From Bacteriovoracaceae bacterium UBA6200 (lineage in GTDB: Bacteria > Bdellovibrionota > Bacteriovoracia > Bacteriovoracales > Bacteriovoracaceae): a stretch of DNA of 32,000 nt. Made by a program: the position numbers and the translations under genes. Below the pieces are notes generated by a model, which was not told where the DNA came from, did not search any database, and saw nothing but the letters and a program-made list of their open reading frames with translations. Where the stretch lies: assembly GCA_002422605.1 (NCBI GenBank), contig DISW01000023.1:195949-227948 (forward strand), given 5' to 3'. Below, piece by piece: positions 16,963-24,983 of the stretch. Position 1 is the first letter of the stretch. Every line of letters begins with the position of its first letter.

Positions 16963-17954
16963 TCTTTTGTTCTCAACGATAAAATTTCACCGACAATACT
17001 TAGAGCAATTTCATCGGGATTTTGAGCATCGATATCCAGGCCAGCAGGAAGATAGAGGGGATAATTCACCATTTGGTTCATGTCGCCTAGATAAGTTAGT
17101 ACTTCTACAGAGCGCTTCAAGCTTCCAATCATTCCAACATAAGAAGCCTTGGAGTCCAAAGCCTTCTTCACGATCATGGGATCCTGGGCAGTATGTGAAG
17201 CTACGATAACAATTTCATCATGTCTGAAATCAATATTTGCAAAGCTGTCCTCTAAACAGTGGCACTGAACACTGGAAGGATAATTTTCTTTTTTGACGTC
17301 CGGGCCGATTACACGAACAGAGTAACCTAAGAGAATAAAATGTCGGGCCATGGCCTCAGTGATTCGTGTACGTCCCACAATGGTGACTTCTTTAGAATAA
17401 ATTTTTGTTTCATTAATAAATGTAGCGGGCACGTTTTTAATAAGCCGAAGGGATTTAAGTTCTCTGTTTCTTAAGCGAGCAATGGATTCATTCATCTTTA
17501 TCAGGAGCTCTTCAATCGTTTCAACGATTGGCAGAGAATGGTCGGTTTCAGTGGTCCAGCCATAGTGTCCTGCTAATCTTCCTATTTCATTTTGAAATTT
17601 TGGAGCAGGAGGAAGAGTTACTTTAACTGCCGGTATGATGGGGTCGATAAATAAACGCATCTTTCCACCACATGCAACACCTAAACCAAATATTTCATCA
17701 TCCAAGTCAGCTAGCACGATACGAGGTTTTTTTTCTTTGATGGCCTCTTTGGATTCTTCACCTATAAATCTTTCAGCACACCCGCCTCCGACCCATCCAA
17801 AGAGATTTTCTCCTTCGGAATTAAAAATCGCCTTTGAGCCATTCTTAGCGGAAGCCGAACCCATGACTTCTATCACTGTTGCGATAACAAAGGATTCTCC
17901 TGAAGAGCGAAGACTTAGAATAGTCTCATGGAAGATTTCAACTGGATCTTGGAT
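16959..17954 (-). CDS. XdhC/CoxI-family accessory protein; start probably non-canonical
   Basis: FVIATVIEVMGSASAK...GWVGGGCAE (XdhC_CoxI-like N-domain) plus a Rossmann-like C-domain. The first canonical start (GTG 17876) falls inside the conserved N-domain. The frame is open up to 17984, and an ATC at 17954 sits 7 nt after AGGAG. The ATGA overlap with the SufU-like gene suggests coupling. Confidence 0.7.
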   Translation of the reverse strand: MQDPVEIFHETILSLRSSGESFVIATVIEVMGSASAKNGSKAIFNSEGENLFGWVGGGCAERFIGEESKEAIKEKKPRIVLADLDDEIFGLGVACGGKMRLFIDPIIPAVKVTLPPAPKFQNEIGRLAGHYGWTTETDHSLPIVETIEELLIKMNESIARLRNRELKSLRLIKNVPATFINETKIYSKEVTIVGRTRITEAMARHFILLGYSVRVIGPDVKKENYPSSVQCHCLEDSFANIDFRHDEIVIVASHTAQDPMIVKKALDSKASYVGMIGSLKRSVEVLTYLGDMNQMVNYPLYLPAGLDIDAQNPDEIALSIVGEILSLRTKE

Positions 17955-17979
17955 ACTAAAACTCCTGAGGGTGTTTTGA

Positions 17980-19071
17980 TTAAGTTAAATCACTCTCAAG
18001 AATAATACAAGTGAGTTCAGTTGTCGTTCCCAGTCGGAGTGGAGGACCCCAGGTGCCAGTTCCAGCACTTACATAGACTCGCATACTATCTTCTGCTGAT
18101 TCGCCCAGATAATGGGGACTATGAACTTTTTTAACAATGAGTGTCCACGGAAAGAACTGTCCACCATGTGTGTGCCCTGAAAGCATGAGGTCAAAACCAG
18201 CAGCCGCTGCTCGAATGGCAAGCTTTGGATTATGGGCCAGAAGAATTTTAAACTCTGGATTTTCCTTGCTTTGATTGAGTTGCGTCTTCATTGCGGCCTG
18301 TGGATTAGGGTAGGGATGACCCACCAGACTTGCGGCCGGATCAGTCACTCCCGCCAACATGAAATGTGAATTTTGGTAGCTTATGAGATCATGAGTATTT
18401 AAAAGCACTTTTATTCCAATACTTTTAAAATACTGGATCCACTCCACAGGGCCTGAATAGTAATCATGATTGCCCATAATGAAGTAGGCCTTACCATCCC
18501 GGGACAGCTGCTCTAAAGCTTTCGCTTCTTCTTTAAACTGAGACAATTTTCCATCGACGATATCCCCGGTTAGAACGATGAGATCAGGATTTTGTTCAAG
18601 AGTTTTCTTCACTACTCGTTCAACATATCTTTTACCTAAAGTAGGGCCTACGTGCAGATCAGATATCTGTATAATTTTGAGCCCTCTGAGATTCTTCGGA
18701 AGATGAGGAAAGCGGAGAGTCACTTCCTTCAGAGTCGGACCATTAAAAGCGCGGTAAAGTCCAATAATTAGACAAAGACCGGTCAGTGTATAGACAATTG
18801 TGTGGTAATGAATATTGATGAATTCTAAACGAGAGATAAGGAGTACTAGGTCTGTTCCTAAAAGCGAGATAAAGAGAAAATTCACAATCCCAATACCTAT
18901 ATAACCCAAAGAAGAAAAAAGGCGAAGTGGAACTAAAAGAGAAAAAAGAAAAGGTATCGCCAGAAGAAAGGAAGAAAGTATTCCTGTTGAAAGTCTTAGC
19001 CAGATATAGAGGTAGCTTACCAGAAGAAGAGATGTGAAAATCAAGATTATTTTTAAAAACTGCTTATTCAT
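17980..19071 (-). CDS. Membrane-anchored metallophosphoesterase (YkuE-like)
   Basis: N-terminal TM helices followed by DLHVG, GDIVDG, GNHDY and GHTHGGQ motifs. Confidence 0.8.
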   Translation of the reverse strand: MNKQFLKIILIFTSLLLVSYLYIWLRLSTGILSSFLLAIPFLFSLLVPLRLFSSLGYIGIGIVNFLFISLLGTDLVLLISRLEFINIHYHTIVYTLTGLCLIIGLYRAFNGPTLKEVTLRFPHLPKNLRGLKIIQISDLHVGPTLGKRYVERVVKKTLEQNPDLIVLTGDIVDGKLSQFKEEAKALEQLSRDGKAYFIMGNHDYYSGPVEWIQYFKSIGIKVLLNTHDLISYQNSHFMLAGVTDPAASLVGHPYPNPQAAMKTQLNQSKENPEFKILLAHNPKLAIRAAAAGFDLMLSGHTHGGQFFPWTLIVKKVHSPHYLGESAEDSMRVYVSAGTGTWGPPLRLGTTTELTCIILESDLT

Positions 19072-19104
19072 GTCCTAAAGATTAACATTTTGCGAGCGAA
19101 AGGT

Positions 19105-19437
19105 TTAGGGGATTTCCTCGAGTCTGAATTGATCTTCTTCTGTCTGCTCTTCCTGGGCCTGGGCTTTAGTCTCTCTTTCTCTCAATACTTGTTGAAGCTC
19201 TAGGTAACTGCTCTCAAGCTCTCTTTGCCTTTCATTCATGCTTTGAATCTCTTGTTCCAAAAGATCATTTTGTCTTCGCATTTCATTGAGTTGTTGTTCT
19301 TGGAATTCTAACTGCTGATAACGATAAGATTCGAGTTCCCGGGCCTGTTTTTCATAGAAGCAAATATAGTCATTGCCACAATCTTGGGCAGGACTGGAAA
19401 GAGGAATTAAAACTAAAAAGAGTATTAAAGCCTTCAT
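19105..19437 (-). CDS. Secreted coiled-coil protein (110 aa)
   Basis: Signal peptide followed by a Q/E-rich heptad sequence. Confidence 0.5.
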   Translation of the reverse strand: MKALILFLVLIPLSSPAQDCGNDYICFYEKQARELESYRYQQLEFQEQQLNEMRRQNDLLEQEIQSMNERQRELESSYLELQQVLRERETKAQAQEEQTEEDQFRLEEIP

Positions 19438-19496
19438 GGGTTCAGTTTAGCATCGGGAGTACTAAACGAGGAGGCGAAAGGGCCTTACGAAGTATC

Positions 19497-21071
19497 TCAG
19501 TTTTTGTCTTTGACTGAGGCCATCTCTCTTTTAGCAGGGGCCTTAAGATTTGACCCACTCATGACAAAGTTAAGCGATTTATTTTCCACAGTCTTTTCGC
19601 CTAGGTCGACAATCCGATAATTATTCATACCTTCTTGTCCATATACCGCTCGAAAACGATAAGTTCCATTGCTCAAAGTGAGCTCACTCATTCTAATATT
19701 GGCGGGTAAAGTACTCCAAAACCTGGTATCGGCTTTTTCACTTTCGTTTATCAGTGCGACTGCCGCGGCGTGCGTCAGACCTGCAATGGCACCAGCAAGT
19801 TCGGGATTATTTTTTCTATTTGCCTGGTAAGCCGCATAGGTCACCGCCAGAGCGGCCACATGTTTTGCCGCTAAACGTATGCCTGTTTTGGTAGCGATAG
19901 CTGTGGTGTGCTCATTGATTGCTTGCATGGCCAGATCCCCCAAGGGGGCGATGACTGAAAGAGGAGCTTCTGCCACAACAACTCCATCTTGGTCCAGGGC
20001 CTGAACTCTAGCACTACCTGGTTGAGGTATAGAAGGTATATAGGGAAGCTCAAAAGTAATCACACTTCCTAAAGCAAGAATGCCTGCCATTTGACGAGAG
20101 TTTCCCCAATTAATAGGAAACTGATAATGCTGAACACTTTTTTCGACAATAAGACCCTCTTGAAGAAGGAATGTTACTTGATTCCCGGATGAGTTCAACT
20201 TATTCAAGATTTCCTGTGTCGGAGACAACGTTGCTATTTGTTGTTTTAATTCCTGAGGTCTGATCTTCTTCGTCAACATCAGGATTTTTAAAGTCAAAAA
20301 ATTTTTAAAATCTTGAGAGTGTGTAGTGGCGAGTACATATTTGCCTTCAACTTCTTTCTCCGGGAGATTGTGAAGATTGTTGAAGTTGGCCTTGAAGGCC
20401 TGGTATGAATTATTGAAGGTCGGAAAAAGATTGTAATATTTAAAAAATACAGCATTTGCATCTTTATAAAGTTGAAGGGCAATTTGATCATCATTTTTAG
20501 TCTTTTGAGATTCATGAATTAAAGCCCCAAATGTCTTTGCTAAAAGATCCTCTTTAAATAAAGCCTCACCCATTCTATCTTTTTTTATCTCTGATAAAAA
20601 TGTATCCCAAGCTAAAATTTCCGCTCGTGCCTGCCTTAGTAATAAACTTTTTTTAGCTTGATCAGTTTCAATTTGAGCAAGGAGATAATGGTTAAGTGAG
20701 AGGTAGAAATAAATTAATGAAGCTTCATATTTTTCGCCATAGTAGAAATCAGAATTATCATTTATGATCACAGATTTTACTTTTCCGGATGCACTGGTGG
20801 TGTAGAGCTCATCGAGTAAGTTTTTGGCATCAGTCATGGCCTTTATTGATGCCTCATAATCACCTTTGTAATGCTGAATTAATCCTAGTTCAACATGATA
20901 GAGGAGTTTGGAATTATTATCCTGAGACAGTGAACCTGTTGTTAGTAATTGGATGGCCTCATCATGCCTGTCAGATGCAACCAAGGCCCTTATTCTACTT
21001 GTTAGGGCCTGATGTCCTGAAGCGCAGGAGCTGATAAAAAAGATAAGTCCTAATAAAACAGATAGCCTCAT
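19497..21071 (-). CDS. Large hypothetical lipoprotein with a TPR-like N-terminal half
   Basis: Lipobox FISSCAS and a GGAGA RBS. 524 aa with no enzyme motif that I recognise. Confidence 0.6.
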   Translation of the reverse strand: MRLSVLLGLIFFISSCASGHQALTSRIRALVASDRHDEAIQLLTTGSLSQDNNSKLLYHVELGLIQHYKGDYEASIKAMTDAKNLLDELYTTSASGKVKSVIINDNSDFYYGEKYEASLIYFYLSLNHYLLAQIETDQAKKSLLLRQARAEILAWDTFLSEIKKDRMGEALFKEDLLAKTFGALIHESQKTKNDDQIALQLYKDANAVFFKYYNLFPTFNNSYQAFKANFNNLHNLPEKEVEGKYVLATTHSQDFKNFLTLKILMLTKKIRPQELKQQIATLSPTQEILNKLNSSGNQVTFLLQEGLIVEKSVQHYQFPINWGNSRQMAGILALGSVITFELPYIPSIPQPGSARVQALDQDGVVVAEAPLSVIAPLGDLAMQAINEHTTAIATKTGIRLAAKHVAALAVTYAAYQANRKNNPELAGAIAGLTHAAAVALINESEKADTRFWSTLPANIRMSELTLSNGTYRFRAVYGQEGMNNYRIVDLGEKTVENKSLNFVMSGSNLKAPAKREMASVKDKN

Positions 21072-21148
21072 TGAAATCTCCGATAGTTATTCTTCGGAAT
21101 ATCCAGGAAGCACTTGATTTAAGATTTATTAATTTAAAGAAACCGAGG

Positions 21149-21469
21149 TTAATGATCGGATGATAACTTAAGGCCAATAAGCCCCAGTAAAATCAGGCCC
21201 GCACTCGCCACTCTCATAAAGCTAGCTTGTTCACCTAGGATAATGATTCCTACAACAAAAGCTCCAAGTGCACCAATACCTGTCCAAACAGCGTAGGCAG
21301 TACCTAAAGGCAGGGATTTCATCGCTACAGAGAGAAGACCAAAGCTTGCTAACATGAGAATAAAAGTAGCAACCGTTGGATACAATTTTGAAAAGCCATC
21401 TGATTCTTTCATAAAGTAGGCCCAGCCAACTTCCAAAATTCCAGCGATACATAAAAAAATCCAGGCCAT
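21149..21469 (-). CDS. sugE: SMR-family small multidrug resistance / guanidinium exporter (SugE/Gdx type)
   Basis: 106 aa with four TM segments. MAWIFLCIAGILEVGWAYFMK carries the conserved membrane Glu. Confidence 0.85.
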   Translation of the reverse strand: MAWIFLCIAGILEVGWAYFMKESDGFSKLYPTVATFILMLASFGLLSVAMKSLPLGTAYAVWTGIGALGAFVVGIIILGEQASFMRVASAGLILLGLIGLKLSSDH

Positions 21470-21537
21470 AAAAAATCCGTTAGTTTAAGAATTGTGTTGA
21501 TCTTGTCATTACGAAGCCAACCTCTTAAGCTTAAAGT

Positions 21538-22254
21538 ATGTATACTCAATATTTAAATGATATTTTCCTTTTTGATCTTTTTGATCATATGCCACCCGTT
21601 TACTCTTACTTCCTTAGTTGCCTCGGAGCGATTTTCGCAGGAACTGTAGTCGGTAAAGAGCGTGAAAAAGCTCAAAAAGCTGCAGGCCTTAGAACTTTTG
21701 CTATGGTGGCGTTAGGCTCTTGTGTTTTCACCTTAACGGCCCGTTTGGTTCATCATGAAGGCATCTTTATCGATGGTGCAAGAATTCCAGCACAGATTGT
21801 AAGTGGAGTAGGTTTCTTAGGTGCCGGTGCCGTTTTCCGCTCAGGAAGAATAGTGAGCGGTCTCACGACAGCTGCTGGAATCTGGGCCACAGCGGCAGTA
21901 GGTCTGGTTTTCGGATTAGGTTTTTTCACTTTCGGTCTCAGTATTACCTTCATGATCTTTGTCTTATTTTGGATTCATTCTTTCATGGACAGAAGGCATC
22001 TTGATATGAGCGTTAGGGTCAATTATCTCATTCATATCAATAGTGTTGATGGTAAAGGTCCAATCCTTATGGAAGAAATCATTAGAGATTGGGGACATTT
22101 AATTGAAGTGGTGAGTGGAAGAAATATTGGGGCTGATAATCAAGTATGGAAGATTGCTTTATATCCTTCTCACAGACCTCATCAAAGATTCCTTAGTGAT
22201 CTGGCAGTCCAACCTTATGTCACCAGAATTGAAAAAGAAGATCTCTCCCTTTAA
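21538..22254 (+). CDS. MgtC/SapB family protein with a soluble C-terminal domain
   Basis: GKEREKAQKAAGLRTFAMVALGS motif, TM helices and a ~90 aa hydrophilic tail. Confidence 0.75.
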   Translation: MYTQYLNDIFLFDLFDHMPPVYSYFLSCLGAIFAGTVVGKEREKAQKAAGLRTFAMVALGSCVFTLTARLVHHEGIFIDGARIPAQIVSGVGFLGAGAVFRSGRIVSGLTTAAGIWATAAVGLVFGLGFFTFGLSITFMIFVLFWIHSFMDRRHLDMSVRVNYLIHINSVDGKGPILMEEIIRDWGHLIEVVSGRNIGADNQVWKIALYPSHRPHQRFLSDLAVQPYVTRIEKEDLSL

Positions 22255-22282
22255 ATTGTTCGCAGCTAACTGAGGATAAAAT
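22251..22282. repeat. Left terminal inverted repeat of the IS-like element
   Basis: TTAAATTGTTCGCAGCTAACTGAGGATAAAAT. Aligned by hand to the reverse complement of 23532-23563. Confidence 0.7.
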
Positions 22283-22284
22283 AA

Positions 22285-22318
22285 CTTAGAAAACTACTTC
22301 GTGAGGCCGTTTTCTAAG
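22285..22318 (-). terminator. Terminator after the transposase gene, inside the element
   Basis: 10-bp perfect stem CTTAGAAAAC / GTTTTCTAAG with a 14-nt loop. On the minus strand it is followed by TTATTTTATCC. Confidence 0.55.
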
Positions 22319-23413
22319 TTAGGCTACAATGATTTGTCTGGAATATGGGTAAAAGCGTTTCACAAAATTAGTTTCACGTTCATCAAGATTGAGTTGGGTA
22401 GGAAGCTTTCTCATTCCAAATACATCATCAAAATTTAGGATTTTCTCAGTGACTCCAACGTACATCGCTGGAGACTTTTCATGAGCATGGCGATCAAATT
22501 TATTCTTCCTCACAAACTTCGGATTCATATAATTACGGTAAATTTTCATGAGTTGCATCTTTTCTAGAAGAGCTGCTTCATGCTTTTGAAAGGACATAGT
22601 CTCGCGCTTTTGTGAAGAAAAGAAATGCCGATAAAGTGAGTGCAAGTGGTTAATTGGAAATAATGGGTTCGATGGATCGCGCCTACGCTTTGAACTTATC
22701 GCCTCATAATCCATTTGAAAATCCATACTTCGAATAGCGCGCTCATAGGCCCGATGTTGATCCATATAAAGAGTCCGACCAGTTCCACGAAAAGAGAGTT
22801 CACGAAAAATATAACGACTCTCTTCAAAGACGGAATCTCGAGGGTAAAAGCCATGTTTATCAATCAATTCTTTTTGCTTAATTTTCTGTTCACTAGTCAT
22901 CCGCCCTTTACGATTAAGCGGTGAAAAAGTGTTGTGATAAATAAAGAGGGAATAACTACCAACTGCCGTGTTTACATAACAAGGAGAAAACTGGGAATGA
23001 GTAAAAGTCTCGAATCCATCATAGGCGACATCCTCCGTGATCTTTCGCGGGCTATTTTCTTTCTCAAAATAAAGAGATTGGCGCGCCATTATTTTCAGCC
23101 GATCGCGAACGGTGCCTTCGTTCACTTTCAGAAGGCGAGCAATCGAGTTGTTACTCATCCCATTTAATGAGTAATGGAGAATATTCTCCGAGAGATTAGC
23201 GAGCTTCCGCCGGTAATCTAGACGAAATGTATTGGCCGAAAATTGCTCTAGACAACTCTTGCACTTAAAACGTTGATTACGGAAAGGCGGCTTGTCTGTG
23301 AGAGTAAAACCATTTTTGACATAAAAACGTATATTCGTTCCAAAATGAAAGCGACAACCAGGATTAGGGCAATAGGGTGGGATCAATTCGAATTGATCAG
23401 ATAATTTGCTCAT
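22319..23413 (-). CDS. Transposase-like protein (Zn-ribbon, HTH and DDE/DDN-like core)
   Basis: CPNPGC...QRFKCKSC zinc ribbon and an NSIARLLKVNEGTVRDRL HTH. Acidic motifs are VAYDGFETF and LYMDQHRAY, then PINHLHSLYRH (N-x6-R). This resembles the IS1 InsAB / IS1595 DDNK organisation. Confidence 0.6.
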   Translation of the reverse strand: MSKLSDQFELIPPYCPNPGCRFHFGTNIRFYVKNGFTLTDKPPFRNQRFKCKSCLEQFSANTFRLDYRRKLANLSENILHYSLNGMSNNSIARLLKVNEGTVRDRLKIMARQSLYFEKENSPRKITEDVAYDGFETFTHSQFSPCYVNTAVGSYSLFIYHNTFSPLNRKGRMTSEQKIKQKELIDKHGFYPRDSVFEESRYIFRELSFRGTGRTLYMDQHRAYERAIRSMDFQMDYEAISSKRRRDPSNPLFPINHLHSLYRHFFSSQKRETMSFQKHEAALLEKMQLMKIYRNYMNPKFVRKNKFDRHAHEKSPAMYVGVTEKILNFDDVFGMRKLPTQLNLDERETNFVKRFYPYSRQIIVA

Positions 23414-23518
23414 TGTTCTCGACTACTGAAATTATCAGGCCAGAGCTAATTGGAGTTAGTGTGAGGATTTTAGAGGGTATGTGAGCGAAGCGTAAAAATA
23501 ATTTCTTATTTAATTGGG

Positions 23519-23546
23519 AAAAAAAGTGGGGATATTATCCCCACTT
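23519..23546 (-). terminator. Rho-independent terminator downstream of nirK, lying inside the IS right end
   Basis: 10-bp stem AAGTGGGGAT / ATCCCCACTT (23524-23546) with a 3-nt loop. On the minus strand the stem runs into a T7 tract, seen as the plus-strand A-run at 23519-23525. Confidence 0.7.
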
Positions 23547-23563
23547 AACTGCGAACAATTTAA
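23532..23563. repeat. Right terminal inverted repeat of the IS-like element
   Basis: Its reverse complement is TTAAATTGTTCGCAGTTAAGTGGGGATAATAT. Confidence 0.7.
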
Positions 23564-24595
23564 TTATTCTGCGATGATCATTCCCATGGCGCCCATACTT
23601 GCATCTGCGAATTCATGATCTACGAATACATAGTTACCTGGTTCCGGGATGACAAATTCTACGATGGCACCACTACTTGCCCCGAGAAGGACAGTCTGCA
23701 TTCCGACTAATTTGTTCTTATGGTTACCATCTAGATAGACTTTATCAAAAATGTTCCCGATCACATGGAAGCTTGAAGTATCACTTACGCCAGTGTTTAA
23801 AACAAATAGGCGGATTCTATCCCCAGCTTTAGCTTTAAGCGGTTCTTGAATGTGACGGTTGAATTGACCGTTAAATACGACATAATTTGGTTTCTTAGCT
23901 TTGGCAGCTTCAACGTCACTTACGTAGTATTTTTCACCCTTTTCTTTTTTTAGGTAAAGTTCTGATTGAACAAGAACCCATTCGTGGTCAACTTTATCTT
24001 CATAACCATTCTTAGGTTCAACGATCACAGCTCCATACATACCGTTGATCAAGTGCTCAAGAACCATCGGAGTTCCGCAGTGGTACATGAATACCCCTGG
24101 GTAATGGGCGACATATTCAAATCGTAGAGTTTCACCTGGAGCGATTGAACGATATTTATCTTCTGGATTTACCATGGCAGAGTGGAAGTCAATACTGTGA
24201 GGCATTGGCATACCAATGGCCATACTCTGTTCTGTTTCAGTTCTGTTGGCCATTGTGAAGATAATTTTATCCCCCTCTTTTACTCTCATAGTTGGACCAG
24301 GAAGATCTCCACCAAAGGGCCATGCAGCAAAATAAACGTCTTCATCTACTTTGAATGCTTTGTTAGTGATATCAAAACGAACATGGTGGACGTTTTTATC
24401 CTTAGGGGCCGGCTTTGTTAGAGGAACTTTTTGAGCAACTTCTCCTTCCAGAATTTCACCTGGAAGTACGTTGTCGAAAACTTCAGCGGCTTTGATTGGG
24501 CCAGTCTTAATTTGTCCTGATGAACAGCCTACTGATAGGACTGCAAGCGAGACCAAGCTGATAAGCCACTTGCGATAAACTTTACTCTTTTTCAT
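23564..24595 (-). CDS. nirK: Copper-containing nitrite reductase (NirK-type), lipoprotein
   Basis: Lipobox SVGCSS. HSIDFH (T1/T2 Cu His pair), YHCGTPMVLEHLINGM (His-Cys...His...Met) and C-terminal FVDHEFADASMGAMG. The ATG at 24595 has an AAGGTG RBS, and the GTG at 24604 is part of that RBS. Confidence 0.85.
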   Translation of the reverse strand: MKKSKVYRKWLISLVSLAVLSVGCSSGQIKTGPIKAAEVFDNVLPGEILEGEVAQKVPLTKPAPKDKNVHHVRFDITNKAFKVDEDVYFAAWPFGGDLPGPTMRVKEGDKIIFTMANRTETEQSMAIGMPMPHSIDFHSAMVNPEDKYRSIAPGETLRFEYVAHYPGVFMYHCGTPMVLEHLINGMYGAVIVEPKNGYEDKVDHEWVLVQSELYLKKEKGEKYYVSDVEAAKAKKPNYVVFNGQFNRHIQEPLKAKAGDRIRLFVLNTGVSDTSSFHVIGNIFDKVYLDGNHKNKLVGMQTVLLGASSGAIVEFVIPEPGNYVFVDHEFADASMGAMGMIIAE

Positions 24596-24974
24596 TAGAT
24601 GCACCTTTTTTTAAACCGAGACTTTTATCTTCTAATTTTGATTTAAGTTTTTTAGCTTCATTAAATTTATTCATAATCAATTCAGTATTTGTTACTGCTG
24701 GATCAATTCCCATAGAAACAATGCCGACATCGCAATTGAATCTGACGGAGTTTTTCATAACACCTTCAAATTTTTCCAATTGGGAAGCAATCGCCTTTTC
24801 GTCGTCGAGGCAACGTAAACGGTAACCTGTCAGTTCGAAACCTTTTTCTTTGATTTCTTTCTGGAGCTTATAATCATAAGTTCCGGCCAGAGCATCTCCG
24901 TCACAGAATCCACAGGCAAAGGTAGGATTTGAGAACAGGATCAGTGTTAAGGCAAACAACATTGGGAGTTTCAC
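24582..24974 (-). CDS. Small secreted CxxC protein with an HMA-like pattern (candidate periplasmic Cu chaperone)
   Basis: Signal peptide, then ACGFCDGD right after the predicted cleavage site. The downstream A..I...LEKFEGV...V......V.V..DP......ELI pattern resembles a ferredoxin-like metal-binding fold. It overlaps the nirK start by 14 nt. Confidence 0.5.
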   Translation of the reverse strand: MKLPMLFALTLILFSNPTFACGFCDGDALAGTYDYKLQKEIKEKGFELTGYRLRCLDDEKAIASQLEKFEGVMKNSVRFNCDVGIVSMGIDPAVTNTELIMNKFNEAKKLKSKLEDKSLGLKKGASNEKE

Positions 24975-24983
24975 AAGGGGCCC

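Larger units (their letters stand above)
22251..23563 (-). mobile_element. IS-like element (~1.3 kb), single transposase ORF, IS1/IS1595-superfamily-like
   Basis: Terminal inverted repeats at 22251-22282 and 23532-23563 match at 28 of 32 positions, and the outer 15 are perfect (TTAAATTGTTCGCAG). The outer TTAA could instead be a 4-bp target duplication (22251-22254 and 23560-23563). Confidence 0.7.

Noticed and set aside
21470-21537. Possible guanidine riboswitch upstream of the sugE/gdx-type gene
   Set aside because: The leader is only 68 nt and is shared with the divergent MgtC gene. I could not find paired ACGR-loop hairpins (guanidine-II) or ykkC-like conserved segments.
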